From Tubulanus polymorphus (Eukaryota > Animalia > Nemertea), in NCBI RefSeq assembly GCF_964204645.1, contig NC_134030.1:3762778-3826777 (forward strand): a stretch of DNA of 64,000 bases, given 5' to 3'. The notes under the pieces are model-generated. The model did not search any database. It was not told the origin of the DNA and was given only the letters and a program-made list of their open reading frames with translations. A program made the position numbers and the translations under genes. Numbering within the stretch: position 1 is the stretch's first letter; every line of letters begins with the position of its first letter. Below, in pieces: positions 36,159-48,307 of the stretch.

Positions 36159-37603
36159 ATGGCCTATTTGATCGCACTGATACTCGCTGCGGTATTTGTA
36201 AGTCACGGATCATGTTACAGTAGTGGAGCTCCTCTCAAGGTATGCGGTAGCATGCAACCGGGACATGGAGGAGCGTTACGGCAAACCTCGGCATCGCCTT
36301 ACACCATCACCGTCACATTTCAGAACCGGACCGCCGCAACTACCTACGACAAAAACAAGTTATTAACCGGTAAAGAGTATACGTTTTACCACACTGAAGT
36401 GCACATAAACCATTTCAAACCTTTTTGATGCATTTCTAAGATTTTCATTTTTGCACGTTTTGCCCGGTAACATATTTTGTAGCATAAAGGCTTTATGAAT
36501 TTTTGGTTGACGTAGTAATACAAGAAGAATAGTTTTCTAGTAGATAAAGAATTGAATTAAAGCAATTAAATTGAATTGAATATAGAAAATGTATATATTT
36601 TCATCTTGCAGTTACTATCTTTGGTAACGGTTACAAAGGTTTACTACTACAGGCGCGTGAAGTAGGAACTACGACCCCTGTCGGTAGATTCGATGCCACG
36701 TCACTTCCGGTTGACACGAAATTGATCACGTGTACATCAACGGATGATTCGTTAACTCACTCCAATTCAAACAGTAAATCTAACATAACCGTCCGATGGG
36801 TGGCTTCGACTCAGACTCCGAAAAAAATCAAGTTTGTGTGAGTTTTTCTACGTAGATGAACAATAAAGCTTATTCAATGCTTTTAATTCGAATGATTGCA
36901 AAATGTGAAGCGTAAAAAATTGAAATTGTTTCTACATGACAATTAACAGTCTACACGTCACATGATTATACATTCACCAAACAGAAATAACAGGCTATAA
37001 TTCGTGGAAACAGGTTTTTAGTTACGTATTCGATAACTTCCCATATGTACATCATATCGTGCTAAAGCCAAAGTTGATGTTTCAACTGCACCAAAGTGAA
37101 TTACAATCTTTTTAGTGCTCGCTTACAGCTCGTTTTTTAATGGAGGAAAAATAAATGACGTTCAGTTATACTAATAAAAACGGGGTTTCTGCAAAACCCG
37201 GAGAATAACAAAAGGGGTTTCTGCTAGGGTTTTTTTTCTAATTGAATGGCGATCACAACACTTTCAGTGATCAGCGTATGTATAGATATAATTGAATTTT
37301 CAGCGCAACTGTCGTCCAATTGAAGCCGACTTACTGGATGGACGTTTCATCCCCCGAACTTATATTCACTGGACAAGCAGCTAACTGTAAAGGTGGTTAT
37401 GATAATAATATTGAGACAGAAAGGAAAATATCCTGTGAAACTAAAGTGCACTCGCGCTGAGACTACTGTGACAGAATATCTCAATGTCCCTTACAATAGA
37501 TGCCGTCTTTATGTTTCAATTAGATAATATCTAGCTATATATTTCAGGTGCGGGGATATTGGTGTTATTGATGTCGTTAGTCCAGCAACTATTACTCATC
37601 TAA
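36159..37603 (+). CDS. Reeler-domain putative defence protein with signal peptide and GPI-like hydrophobic tail
   Basis: Exons 36159-36369, 36612-36837, 37304-37392, 37548-37603. YSSGAPLKVCGSMQPGHG..SPYTI..YKGLLLQAR..PVGRF..CTSTDDSLTHSNSNSK..VRW..FVATVVQ..YW. C-terminus GILVLLMSLVQQLLLI. Confidence 0.92.
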
Positions 37604-37999
37604 CGATGAAAGCTAATCGTCTCTCTCATCATTACCATCGTCGTCTCATTTGCAACAGAAATGAATTTTACGTATTTCACTGTTTAATGTGTATACTGTA
37701 TAATGGACGCTGAATTAACTGTACCAAAGGTAGTCCGCTTACGAAGAGACAATTCACATATAAAATAGTTGAGCACACATGATCGTACATGGCTCTCATT
37801 GATTTAATGTCAAATCGAAAAAATCATTTGGTCGAGAGATTGATGAGTGTTCTATATATACACGCAATGATGGAATATCTAAAGCTTTAGAGCATATAAG
37901 TTACAATTTCATAGGCCTATATACTGTAAAAATCAAAACCACAGCTTCGTTTTAAATAACCTCAGCAAATATGTAACGTCGATGATAAAAAGTGGTCCT

Positions 38000-38117
38000 G
38001 AGGCCTGTTCCACAGTCGAGACGTAGTCGAGAAGTCCAAAAGTTGTCTTAGGTCTTAAATAGTTTCGATTGGCTTTATAAAACTATCCGTCGACGCCATG
38101 ACTCTGGAACCGGCCTC
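38000..38117. mobile_element. MITE (CWG-site, Harbinger-like family)
   Basis: gaggcctgttccacagtc ... gactctggaaccggcctc. Confidence 0.65.
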
Positions 38118-39218
38118 CAGTTTTTTTACGCGTATGTATCCAATTATTTAATTTCAATACCATCTTATCTTATTTTACAATATTTTGTATTGTCAATTGT
38201 TAATTGATTCTCAGATAAAATGAAAAAAAATAAAATCGTTACAAAATTATCACAATGAGCAAAGGACTTAATAAATAGATGAATGAAACAATTCCCGCGA
38301 AGCGGGTCAACCTTATCGTAAACGCGCTCAACCAGACTCTGCGTGTTAAGTTATCGTCCATAAACCAATGTCACTTTCTACTGTTACTCCATCTGTTGCA
38401 ACGAAACGCGTGTTGATTCATTAACTCAACAGATTGTACTTCCAAGGGAAATGAGAAACGTGCGTGCATTTTTATTTTTCATTTTACGGAAGATCGGAGA
38501 TGCCGCGAAAAAAAAACATGCACACCATGCAATTGGGAAATACAATATCAATGACTCGTAATTCTATCTTCAAAAGCATCTCATACTGAAGATCTAATCA
38601 ATTTTTATGAAAATATATTACACATTTTCTAAGACGATTTTTCGTGGAGGTTTTGAAAATTATGTGGCATATAATTGTGGCAATTATAAACAGCAGTTCA
38701 TACAATACACTGAGATACACCTAACATATGTCAAACTTGAACAAGTAAAACCTTTGGAAATGTATTTTCCAATTGAATTCCGCAACTTGTTATCAGTTAT
38801 CAAATGATCTTCTCGCTCTAAAAGTCGTATACGTGACAACTGGGATTATCTTAAATGCGATACATCGTGCATTTTAATTGACTGTCGGTTGCGCTGGAAT
38901 TAACGAAATGCTAATCAATTAACGGCCTTTGTGATTAATTATCTCGCCGGTTTTAAGAGTATTGGAAGGCCCACGAAACTCACATGTTCGTATGACGACC
39001 GAGAGCGATGCGTACGTGTATGTGTTACAGAATGAAACAATTGCATTATAGCGTTCTGACTCGCGGCGGTAAAACGTATTTCCATAGTGACGACATTTAT
39101 GTTGCCGCCGACGATTTTGCCCGTACGTCAACGTCAGCAGCGTCGAGTAGAGCGCACGACGTTCACACGTTCTATAACAGTTACGAGACAAACACTGAAT
39201 TGATCATATTCGATACTG

Positions 39219-39878
39219 ATGGTGACAATGATGATGATGATGACAATGTCGAGGAGAATATTTTTACGTGTATTTGTCGCTGTAACGATCATTAATTGTG
39301 CAACTGGTCAAAGTACGTATTCATACCTAAATCTATATAGACCTATATCTATGAAATCATCTTAATGTAAATTGGTTGCAATTTTGAAAATGGCTTATAT
39401 ATCTCACTTGTCGATAAAGTTTGACTCTTGACTCTATATTTTTCAAGTATCTTTCACTTCATGGTCTTGATAATTTTGCATTTCGAGTTCATTAATTACA
39501 ATAATCCTTTTTCGTAAAAACTACGAAGTTCGAAATGATCTCACAAATCAGAGTTGAATTGCATCTCATGGGTGTAATAAACAAAATTTGTTTTTTAATG
39601 TAATTTTTGTTAAATCTATTGTCTTTTTCTTTTATCGTTCAGCGACTAGATCTGCAATGTACGCGCGTGTGGCTGATCCTAACAGTGTATCCTACGGAAC
39701 GCCTACAACCGGAGTTACCTACCTGATGGACTGTGCCCGAGAATGCTTGATAGCGGACACAAATTGCGAAACTCTGAAATATGACAGCACGGGTGATACG
39801 TGCGCCATCGCAGCAGCGAAAGCTACAACGGGCGGCACCACATCTCCTGCGGGCACGGAGGTGTTTGTCAAAATATAA
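39219..39878 (+). CDS. Small secreted PAN/Apple-like domain protein (~110 aa)
   Basis: Exon 1 39219-39312 (..MSRRIFLRVFVAVTIINCATGQ, signal peptide, phase 1 donor gtacgt). Exon 2 39643-39878 (phase 1): LMDCARECLIADTNCETLKYDSTGDTC, the PAN C-x3-C...C...C pattern. Exact start Met uncertain because of a Met run. Confidence 0.78.
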
Positions 39879-41659
39879 TGAATGAAATATACGTGGTGAT
39901 CTACGAACGTCTAATGACGAATAACAGCAACGGAATTCTTTGTAGACACGCTCCGAAATTCTAACCAGCCTGAACAATCCGTCCATAATTATTCCCTGCG
40001 TGTATTCTGTATATAAACGTTGTATTTGTATTCTCTTTTGATCCAATGATCGACGATTGATATATGACGTGATTTCTAGGTAGCAGCTCCGGTTAGAGAG
40101 AGGTTTGTCAATTTTACTGATTGTATATGTATTTGGAACGTTAAAAAGAAAATGAAATGGTTTACCGGTGTGTGTAATGACTTTACGGTAGATAGCCTTA
40201 TGAATAAATTAGATATTTCATCTATTAATCAATATGGATATACGTATATATTTTCTGACTAATGAAACCCGTTCGGATAGATTCAGCCATTCTACTCGTG
40301 TGCGCATATGCTATATTTCTAATAAGTTTGAATAAATTGCTACTCTTCAATTTGTACTATAAGGATGATATTGTTTTTTTCTTGACGATGATTTTCCACT
40401 TGAAACGGCTTAGCATATACGTAAGCCACTATGTGTACCGTATACTATGAATATGACGCGCTCATCATTATTGATATTCATAGGCCTCTCCGCTTCGGGA
40501 GGCTGATACCGGCACTCACTCGTATTTTCTGTCCTCTGCCTCTTGAAAAATAAAATACGCACGCGACAAGGATCCTCTAGTTGTCGCGTTCCAAAACCGC
40601 CTGCCGACATATTTCGTTTTGTCGTCAAAACGTCACGATATGTTTATATATTTACGTCGACTTGACGTAGACCACAGGCGCCTTATTGCTTCCGGGGTGA
40701 AAGGAGTAAATGGAATCCGCAGCGATATTTCAACGACTTATGCTCCTCGAATTGAATCTAATACGTTGTAGCTCCCAGCCATAAATGATGCGAACCATTA
40801 TACCAATTGGTAGTAGACTTTTAAACTCATCGAGTTAACAATTTGTGCTCAAAAAAATCTACTGAAATACACTTTTCACCAAACGGAACGGATCCAGTAT
40901 TATCGGAATTGTGGCCATTCTGCGATTAAACGATCGATCGTCAAAGCTTTATGTTTTCGGCTTCAAGGCGCAACGACGACATTCTGGCTACGAAATATTT
41001 GAGTTTTTTTGTTGCTGTTAATATCATCTACGCCTACAAAGCGATATCGATATCTCATTAATCATCAATGCAATGAGATTATGATATTTGATCAATCCTC
41101 CGCCAGAATATCACGTGATATCTTAAGCGCGCCTGTTGTCGAATTTTGAATAATACCTGTCGCAATCAATAATCCTTCATCCGCCCGCAGTACATACACT
41201 CACAGACACCACCGAAAACACTTTCATCATTTATTTACTAAGTCTCTAAAGTCTTCGGAGAATTCATCAATATCAACTATAGACATTAAAGAGCCGCAGA
41301 GGAATTAGAAGGATAATGCCGAATCAAAATTTCACGCGGAGGATGTTTGGATCGTGTCAATATTACCAGTGTCGAAGCCGATACGGTATAAGTCTTGTTT
41401 ACTGTATTAGAAAAATAAATAAATAATTTTTCTCAATGTAACTAAGCTATAGTAACAATGCTATAGTATAGTATAGCTTATAGTTTAGTAGTTTATTTCC
41501 ACAATAAATTACAACAAGCCATAAAGAAATATACAAAAATATACAAACATGAAATATTGTAATGTAATGTAATGTGAAGATCAGAATATAGACCAAACAT
41601 AGTGATATATAGAACTTATTCATCTCCGTTCCGTGTGATTTGTTAGGATGGAAAAATCT

Positions 41660-42118
41660 AATTTTTTGTCGAACCACCAAGAACAAGGTTTATTGTATAG
41701 GGAAACAAATAACACATAAAAAAGAAATTATTCAACTATTAGAAATGAACAATTATTTCCATAATGAATTTTTTTTCTAATTTTTCAAACATATCGTCGC
41801 GTTTACAACTATTTTATGACACTTCATTCCAAATAGGTTGAAAACATAAAATCATATCGATGGATTTCTTCTATTTCGATTTCCCCAGTGTGTCATATGT
41901 TATACGATCTCCAGGGCACATTGCCTTTTTAAACCAATAATATCTTGAAATGGGTTTGAAATGCGTGGTGCCGGTATACAACTTTTTCAGAAGCCCCCCG
42001 GTGGTAGCCGTAAAGAGCCTCAGAACGTAACGGTCGGATTTTTGAATAATTTCTTTTTTTATGTGTTATTTGTTTCCCTATACAATAAACCTTGTTCTTG
42101 GTGGTTCGACGAAAAATT
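41660..42118. mobile_element. Foldback/MITE with ~75 bp terminal inverted repeats
   Basis: gtcgaaccaccaagaacaaggtttattgtatagggaaacaaataacacataaaaaagaaattattcaa, with its reverse complement at 42042-42110. Confidence 0.88.
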
Positions 42119-43489
42119 GTGATCTCGTTCGAATCATTTTACGTGGGAGCTTTTTTATTCTACCTTTGCGAATGAGTTTATGAGAAAATATCTTTAATGA
42201 ATTTGCATTCAACAATATTTGACTCCATAATGGTGTATATAATATTCAGCTTTATATCGGTAAGGTAGGCAAATACAAATCAATATTTGGTCATTTATTT
42301 ACATGGTATGTGTATCGTATTTCGAGAGAAAACAAATGAAACTCATTGTATTTCTCACGTTGCTATGGTATTCTCCATAGAGGAGGTGTCAAATTCATCG
42401 ACTTTATTAAACGAATTTCTGCATATAAGAACAGGGTGGTTAATATACATATCGGCGTTGTGCATCAATATTTAATGACTTGTATTCGTTAAGTATCTTC
42501 GATCATATTACTATCGTACATTTATCCACTTCCCGCTGCAGCGTTCGTGGGAAATAGTCAACAAATATACAAAACGAACGCTTAATGAAAAAAGATGGAG
42601 TCCATAATCCAGCACAAGTAGTGAATTCTACCATCGATTCTGAAAAGCGCGGTGCAGGTTAGTGTTCTGCGCCATGCCAATGGTGATTAGCAATTCAGGC
42701 AAAACATCGTTGTAGTTAATATTTGACTCTCAGTTATTGACCAATTTGTTGATTATCACAGTAGCACATTGTATCATTCTGTATATGGTTAAATGATTTA
42801 TTGACGAGGAGTCGACGATGAATGACAAAGATCCAGGGAACGAAGACTATACAACTAGGATTAGATTATGCATGCGCTTGTTGTCGTCTTCAGCTCGTGG
42901 TTACAATCATCTGTCGTCGCTGAAACATACATGAAATTTTAAGTTGATATCGGATCAACTAGACGCAATGCTGCAGCCGTGTAGTGCCAGCTCGATGTGT
43001 CGTGTCGCGGGAGAGAGAGGACTGGTTGATAACTGACTGCGCGCTGCTGTAGAGATGAAGATGGGGATGGGAGAAGCGCACTAGCATGTCGCATGTACGC
43101 ACGCATATCCGTCACCGATATGGAGATATCGGTAAGATATCGGAGTGGCAGCATCGGCGTCATAGGATAAGAGTGTGGGCATATATATCCATATATTAAT
43201 GAAACTGTGAGTTGTGAATACGGTCAGCTATGACGTGTATGTACTGCTTAATGTAGTAACGTAGGAACAATCGTTATAACGCATCATCAATATACATATT
43301 ACTTCGGTCAGTCGTTACGTGAACGTGAACAACAGTGTTCAATTGACGAATTGCGAACTAGAAATGGACTATGCCGGAAAGTGGTAGCTGTTTACTTGAG
43401 TTCTGTTGACGACGAGTGTGAAAAACGACCGAAATAGTACGAATAATTTGATGCAGATATAATCGTCGTTTTTTAGAAATTCATCAACG

Positions 43490-44560
43490 ATGATCGTTGG
43501 CGGAGGAGTAAGCACGACGATGTACGACGTCGAGGAGGTTCCTGATTTGTTTAAAGAACCGTATATACAAAGTGGTTATCGCGGTAGTAGGAACACGTTA
43601 CTGCAATGCGTGGGCAGTATTTTCACGGTCCATAACGAAACACTGAACGTTTGGACGCATCTACTACCGGCGTTGGCGCTCCTCGCCATTCTGCTCTATA
43701 AACAAACCGAATGGCTTTCCGATGCGTATACGGTACCGTTGGCTATCGTATTTTTGACCACAAGCGGATACATGTTGTCGAGCGCCGTGGCTCATATTTT
43801 CAACGCTATGTCGACCCGTGCCCGACATCTTTGTTTTATGGTTGATTACGCGGCGTTGAGCGTGTACGGCTACGGAGCCTCTGTAGCTCACTTCACGTAC
43901 AGTATACCGGAATATTGGATCGGAGCGCGGTATTTATGGATATATCTTCCTACTTCGCTATTAGTATCGACGGTGTGCACGATCATATCATTTACATCTC
44001 GATTTCTAGACACGCATTCGAAGCGTATCGTATGCAGATTGGGAGCCTTCGTTATGCCTTATTTACACGCTTGCATTCCGATCATCTTCCGCCTCGTCTT
44101 TTGCGCCTCCGAAGCGACGCCTACTTCCGTTTGTCATTCGGTTGGCACATCCGGTTACTTGTATATGAACTGCCTTGCCGTGCTGGCCGTTTTCTTTTAC
44201 ATAACGAAAATACCTGAGAAATATCTACCCGGATGTTTCGATAGAGTCGGCCACAGTCATCAATGGTTCCATACTCTTTGCGTTATCGGCAGTTTCATTC
44301 ATCTGCGTTGCTTGGTAACAGATATGAAAGAGAGAGAAGATTACATGATTACAAACCACGTTGTTCCGGACAAGATGTGGACATCTTATTGTTTCATGTT
44401 TGTCATAGGGATTAATTCAATTTTCCTGCTCGCAATATTCTGTTATTTGAGTTTCGTTGATAGCTCTAGTTTAGGGGACAGACGTCCACGGTTCGAACAT
44501 GTCGCACAGTCTACGACTAATGGTAATTCATGTTCCCAGCAACATGAGAAATCAAACTAA
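43490..44560 (+). CDS. PAQR5: Class II PAQR, membrane progestin receptor gamma-like, 356 aa
   Basis: EPYIQSGYR, HNETLNVWTHL, SAVAHIFNAMS..ARHLCFMVDY, PEKYLPGCFDRVGHSHQWFH; 7-8 TM helices. Assignment to PAQR5 among the class II paralogues is by eye only. Confidence 0.9.
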   Translation: MIVGGGVSTTMYDVEEVPDLFKEPYIQSGYRGSRNTLLQCVGSIFTVHNETLNVWTHLLPALALLAILLYKQTEWLSDAYTVPLAIVFLTTSGYMLSSAVAHIFNAMSTRARHLCFMVDYAALSVYGYGASVAHFTYSIPEYWIGARYLWIYLPTSLLVSTVCTIISFTSRFLDTHSKRIVCRLGAFVMPYLHACIPIIFRLVFCASEATPTSVCHSVGTSGYLYMNCLAVLAVFFYITKIPEKYLPGCFDRVGHSHQWFHTLCVIGSFIHLRCLVTDMKEREDYMITNHVVPDKMWTSYCFMFVIGINSIFLLAIFCYLSFVDSSSLGDRRPRFEHVAQSTTNGNSCSQQHEKSN

Positions 44561-45415
44561 CTATCGAGTCATCCTACACGCTGTCTGTGTCGTTATTACC
44601 TTGCATTTTGTGACCGGGATTTATGGAGAACTCGGCGGCAAAATGATCTAGTTTCATTTCTTACGCGGCGACACGGCGTGGCCGCCGAATTTCGTGTCCG
44701 TCAAAAACTGGCAAGAATTAGAATCTAATAATGAACCGAATTAAACGAATCCGTCAAACTCGAATGGAGATCGTGTAAACAAAAACCTCATTTTAGGCTC
44801 ATTTGTCGACGCTCATAATCACCCGTTGACCGTATATCGTTTATAATGAACTCAGGGTATATACGTAATATACATACAAATCATGTATTTGATATTTCAA
44901 GAGCAATTTATTATCAACATATCCAATCAGCAGAGGGCTTTGATGTATGAAATTGCATTTTAATGTTCATTCCACGTTTTATCATCGCGCATATCAATAA
45001 CCATGTGATATTGTTTTATATTATGTACATGAAAACATAACTAGAAAAGGGAATTTTGAAACAGTTTTTTTCTTTGATCTCTTTCATGCTCTTAATGTAG
45101 TCAGTCTGTGATCATGCACCGTGTACGCGACGGGTATTTATTTATCACTCGATCACCCATTGTTCATTGATAATCCTCTTGATTCGTTTTTAGTGAGCTC
45201 TACGTGCGATACATTTTGATTTGTTTTGTTTTTAAATTCTATGTATATTTAACACTTCACCTGTTTGCATATCAATAAATCTTAGTCGAAGTCTATCGTT
45301 GTTGTTCTACAGTGTTCTAGTCTATCGAAAAATTCATCGATGTTATAAGCATAATAATTTCAATTGTTTCGAAATCACTTAACCTCGTAGTTAACTAGAA
45401 TCTTCAAAAGAAATG

Positions 45416-45549
<134 letters not shown>

Positions 45550-46012
45550 CTACAAGGTAGAATGAAAGGGGTTGTGTATTGTTGAAATATTCAGGAGCAC
45601 GTGGTGCCACAATACGAAATACGAACTACCATCCAACTCGTAAAAGTGAGCTGACGTTTTATACGTTTTTACGCGTTTATTATTGTTTAGTGATTTATGT
45701 ACAAAATAAAGTTTTTAACGAGTTAAACTTCAGTGAACTTGGTTTTTCTTTTAAGGTTTACGCATCGGGTCAAAGGATTGTTTGAGCGATAGTCCGAATA
45801 AGTGGATACAAGTGCGGCAATTTATAATCGAAATGGAATAAAATATCTTTATTACATATATATCTTATAATTCTGAAAAGAAAAGAACATCCGAGTTGAA
45901 CAAAAATGCGAAGGTCATCTGTGGTTATGTGCTAAAATATGTACATATATATTCGAGAATCAGCAGATGGTGGCGATGGGCATTCGCTATACCATTGTCC
46001 GAAATAAACGGC

Positions 46013-47136
46013 TTAATATTTTGCGCAAGTGCATCCCACATTTACAGGAGTTGATGTTTTCCGGTACCTCAGGAATCCTTTTTCACAAGGTCGCCGCGTA
46101 TCGAGTTCTAATATATCGATGTTGTAGGTAATCGGTTCGCACCGTCCGCCGAGCTCTGCGCATCGCGTGCATTTCTGACAGTGAGCTTGCAACATGTACA
46201 TCGGAATGCGAGTCGAATTGTACGGCATCGAATAATAAGGGCTCGAACACAGCGCCCTCTGCGTGACGGAATCGACACGTAACATCCGGTTGAGATACGT
46301 GTCTCGTTGCTTCTCGTAGGCGGCGTGAACTGCGTTCGCGTCGGAGTTCATCGGCAAATAGATGATGTTACTATCGCCGGAAAAGTTCGGCGGAGACGCG
46401 GCGAGTCCGTCTGCTGACGATTTCTCATCGGTTTCGCATAGGTGTCGATAGTCGTCGAGAAGCAGCGTTGAACCGACTTGGCCGAATTGCGATGATAGAT
46501 ATACCAGCAACAAACTGAAAGTTATCTGAAAACATTGACACCACGTTAATTATATACGTTTCATTATGCACGAGTTCAGTGGAGGTCGCCGATCCTACTA
46601 TATAATGATATCAACTGTTTCCGGTGGAAACTGGGATATGGGATAAGACAAATACAGAGGAACTATCTATGTCCTATGTAACAATGGTATCGGTGATGAA
46701 TATCATATCTTTAGTTGTGATCATTTCAGCGATCCCCCAATATTTTCTGGCTGATCAAAATCCTTTCAAATTCAGAGCTCTGGATGCAACAAAAAATGAA
46801 AATCTATCAAAAGATTTGTGAATGTTTGTATCAACTGTTATGAAAACATTCGCATATAGTTTCGGCCATCTGTAATTATACTTGTACCATTTTTTGATTT
46901 TTTTCCTTGTTTATGTATTACGCTCTAATTGTCATATATAAATTAGTTTATCGGAAATGAATTAAAGAAGAACTACGCGTTTGTTTGAAAAATATCTATT
47001 CATGTTCAAATTTAAATCGTGATTTTTGCATTTTTATTTTGAGTTAGCTATTCGATAAACTATATCTCAAATTAATCGAAGATTTAAGATGATCAATTTT
47101 TTGCACAAGCGATTAAGCATTAAAATCACTTACCAT
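46013..47136 (-). CDS. IL17: Interleukin-17-like cytokine
   Basis: Exon 1 is the ATG only (47136-47134, donor gtaagt); exon 2 is 46525-46013. Signal peptide MITFSLLLVYLSSQFGQVGS. Cystine-knot IL-17 pattern QRALC.PYY..RIP..LQAHC..C..CEPITY.IDIL..C..Y..VNVGCTC. AATAAA on minus at 45853-45848. Confidence 0.9.
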
Positions 47137-47239
47137 GATTGTGAAATTTTTTTGTCAATTTTCAATCGGTGCTTATATATAAACTCGATCAACCTAAATC
47201 TACCTGATGAAATTGAAGTCTAGACTAAAAGTTCTCGGA

Positions 47240-47545
47240 TTTATATACTATGCAGAAAACAATGGGTCGTATCAGTTTTCCCCGAATGTATATTTATATT
47301 CGTAAATATTTCAATCTTTTCATTTTTTGTGAAAATTTCCATTTTCAACCACGCGTGAAGTCGGCTTGTTCGTGCGGCAGGTGGTGGAAATCCCGTCGTA
47401 AAACTAACAGCACAATACAGCCATGCGGCGCGTGTGAATTTTAATGGCGCATTTTTTCATGACTCCGTGAAGAACAAGATCCTCAAACAATAACAACACT
47501 GCTGGGATATGAGGGGAATACCTACTGCCGACAGAGAATTCCTTT
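47240..47545 (-). promoter_or_regulatory. IL-17 promoter: TATA box and clustered kappaB-like sites
   Basis: Minus strand: GTATATAAA (47248-47240), GGGGAAAACT (~47283-47274), GGAAATTTTC (47340-47331), GGGATTTCCA (47394-47385), GGAATTCTCT (~47542-47533). Confidence 0.6.
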
Positions 47546-48307
47546 ATGTCATTCTTCTATCCATTTTTTCCATCGAGGTGGTGACGATATGGATATTTCT
47601 TGCGTGTCATCATAAGCTATTTTAGTTATTTTATTTCTTCGCGCTTTATTTTGGTTACGCCCCGAGGCAATAGCAGAAAAGTCGGGCGTACGTAAGAAAT
47701 AGGAATGATGATTGCCTGAACTTCCTGGTGCAAAATGCAAAATCTATAAGCAAGATCACGATAGCAGCAAGAAATGTGATATGTTCATGTTTAAGTCTCC
47801 ATTTATCCTCTATCAAAAATCTATCGCTACGTTACTTTCTGCTGAACTTAAAAGTTGACCTGGCGGCCGCCTATCTACCCTTTACATAACTTTTTAAAAT
47901 TCAAGCGAACCATAACAGACCCGGCAGTGTTAGAAAAGAAATGATAAAAAATTTTATTGCGGTTTCCAAAATGACCAAGCCTATTAGGAGAAACAAAGTA
48001 TATTTTTTCAGCCTTCGACCAATATTCTAGACAACATATTGAAACGACTGTAGGACTGCTGCCTCATTCTTGGGAATCAGGGAAAGCCCGTCTACTGAAA
48101 CAATTATATTGGCTATTCCGATACCTACGAAAAAACACGCTACTACAATTTATATCGTATTAGAAAATTATACCAAGTAGAATATTACACAGCAGAAGAA
48201 CAATGTTAATAGTAGGTTGTTATTTACGGTTTTATGTGGATGAAAAAATGCATTCGCATAACAGTGTTCACCACATTACAATCATAACGAGCCTGTCACT
48301 GATCAGG

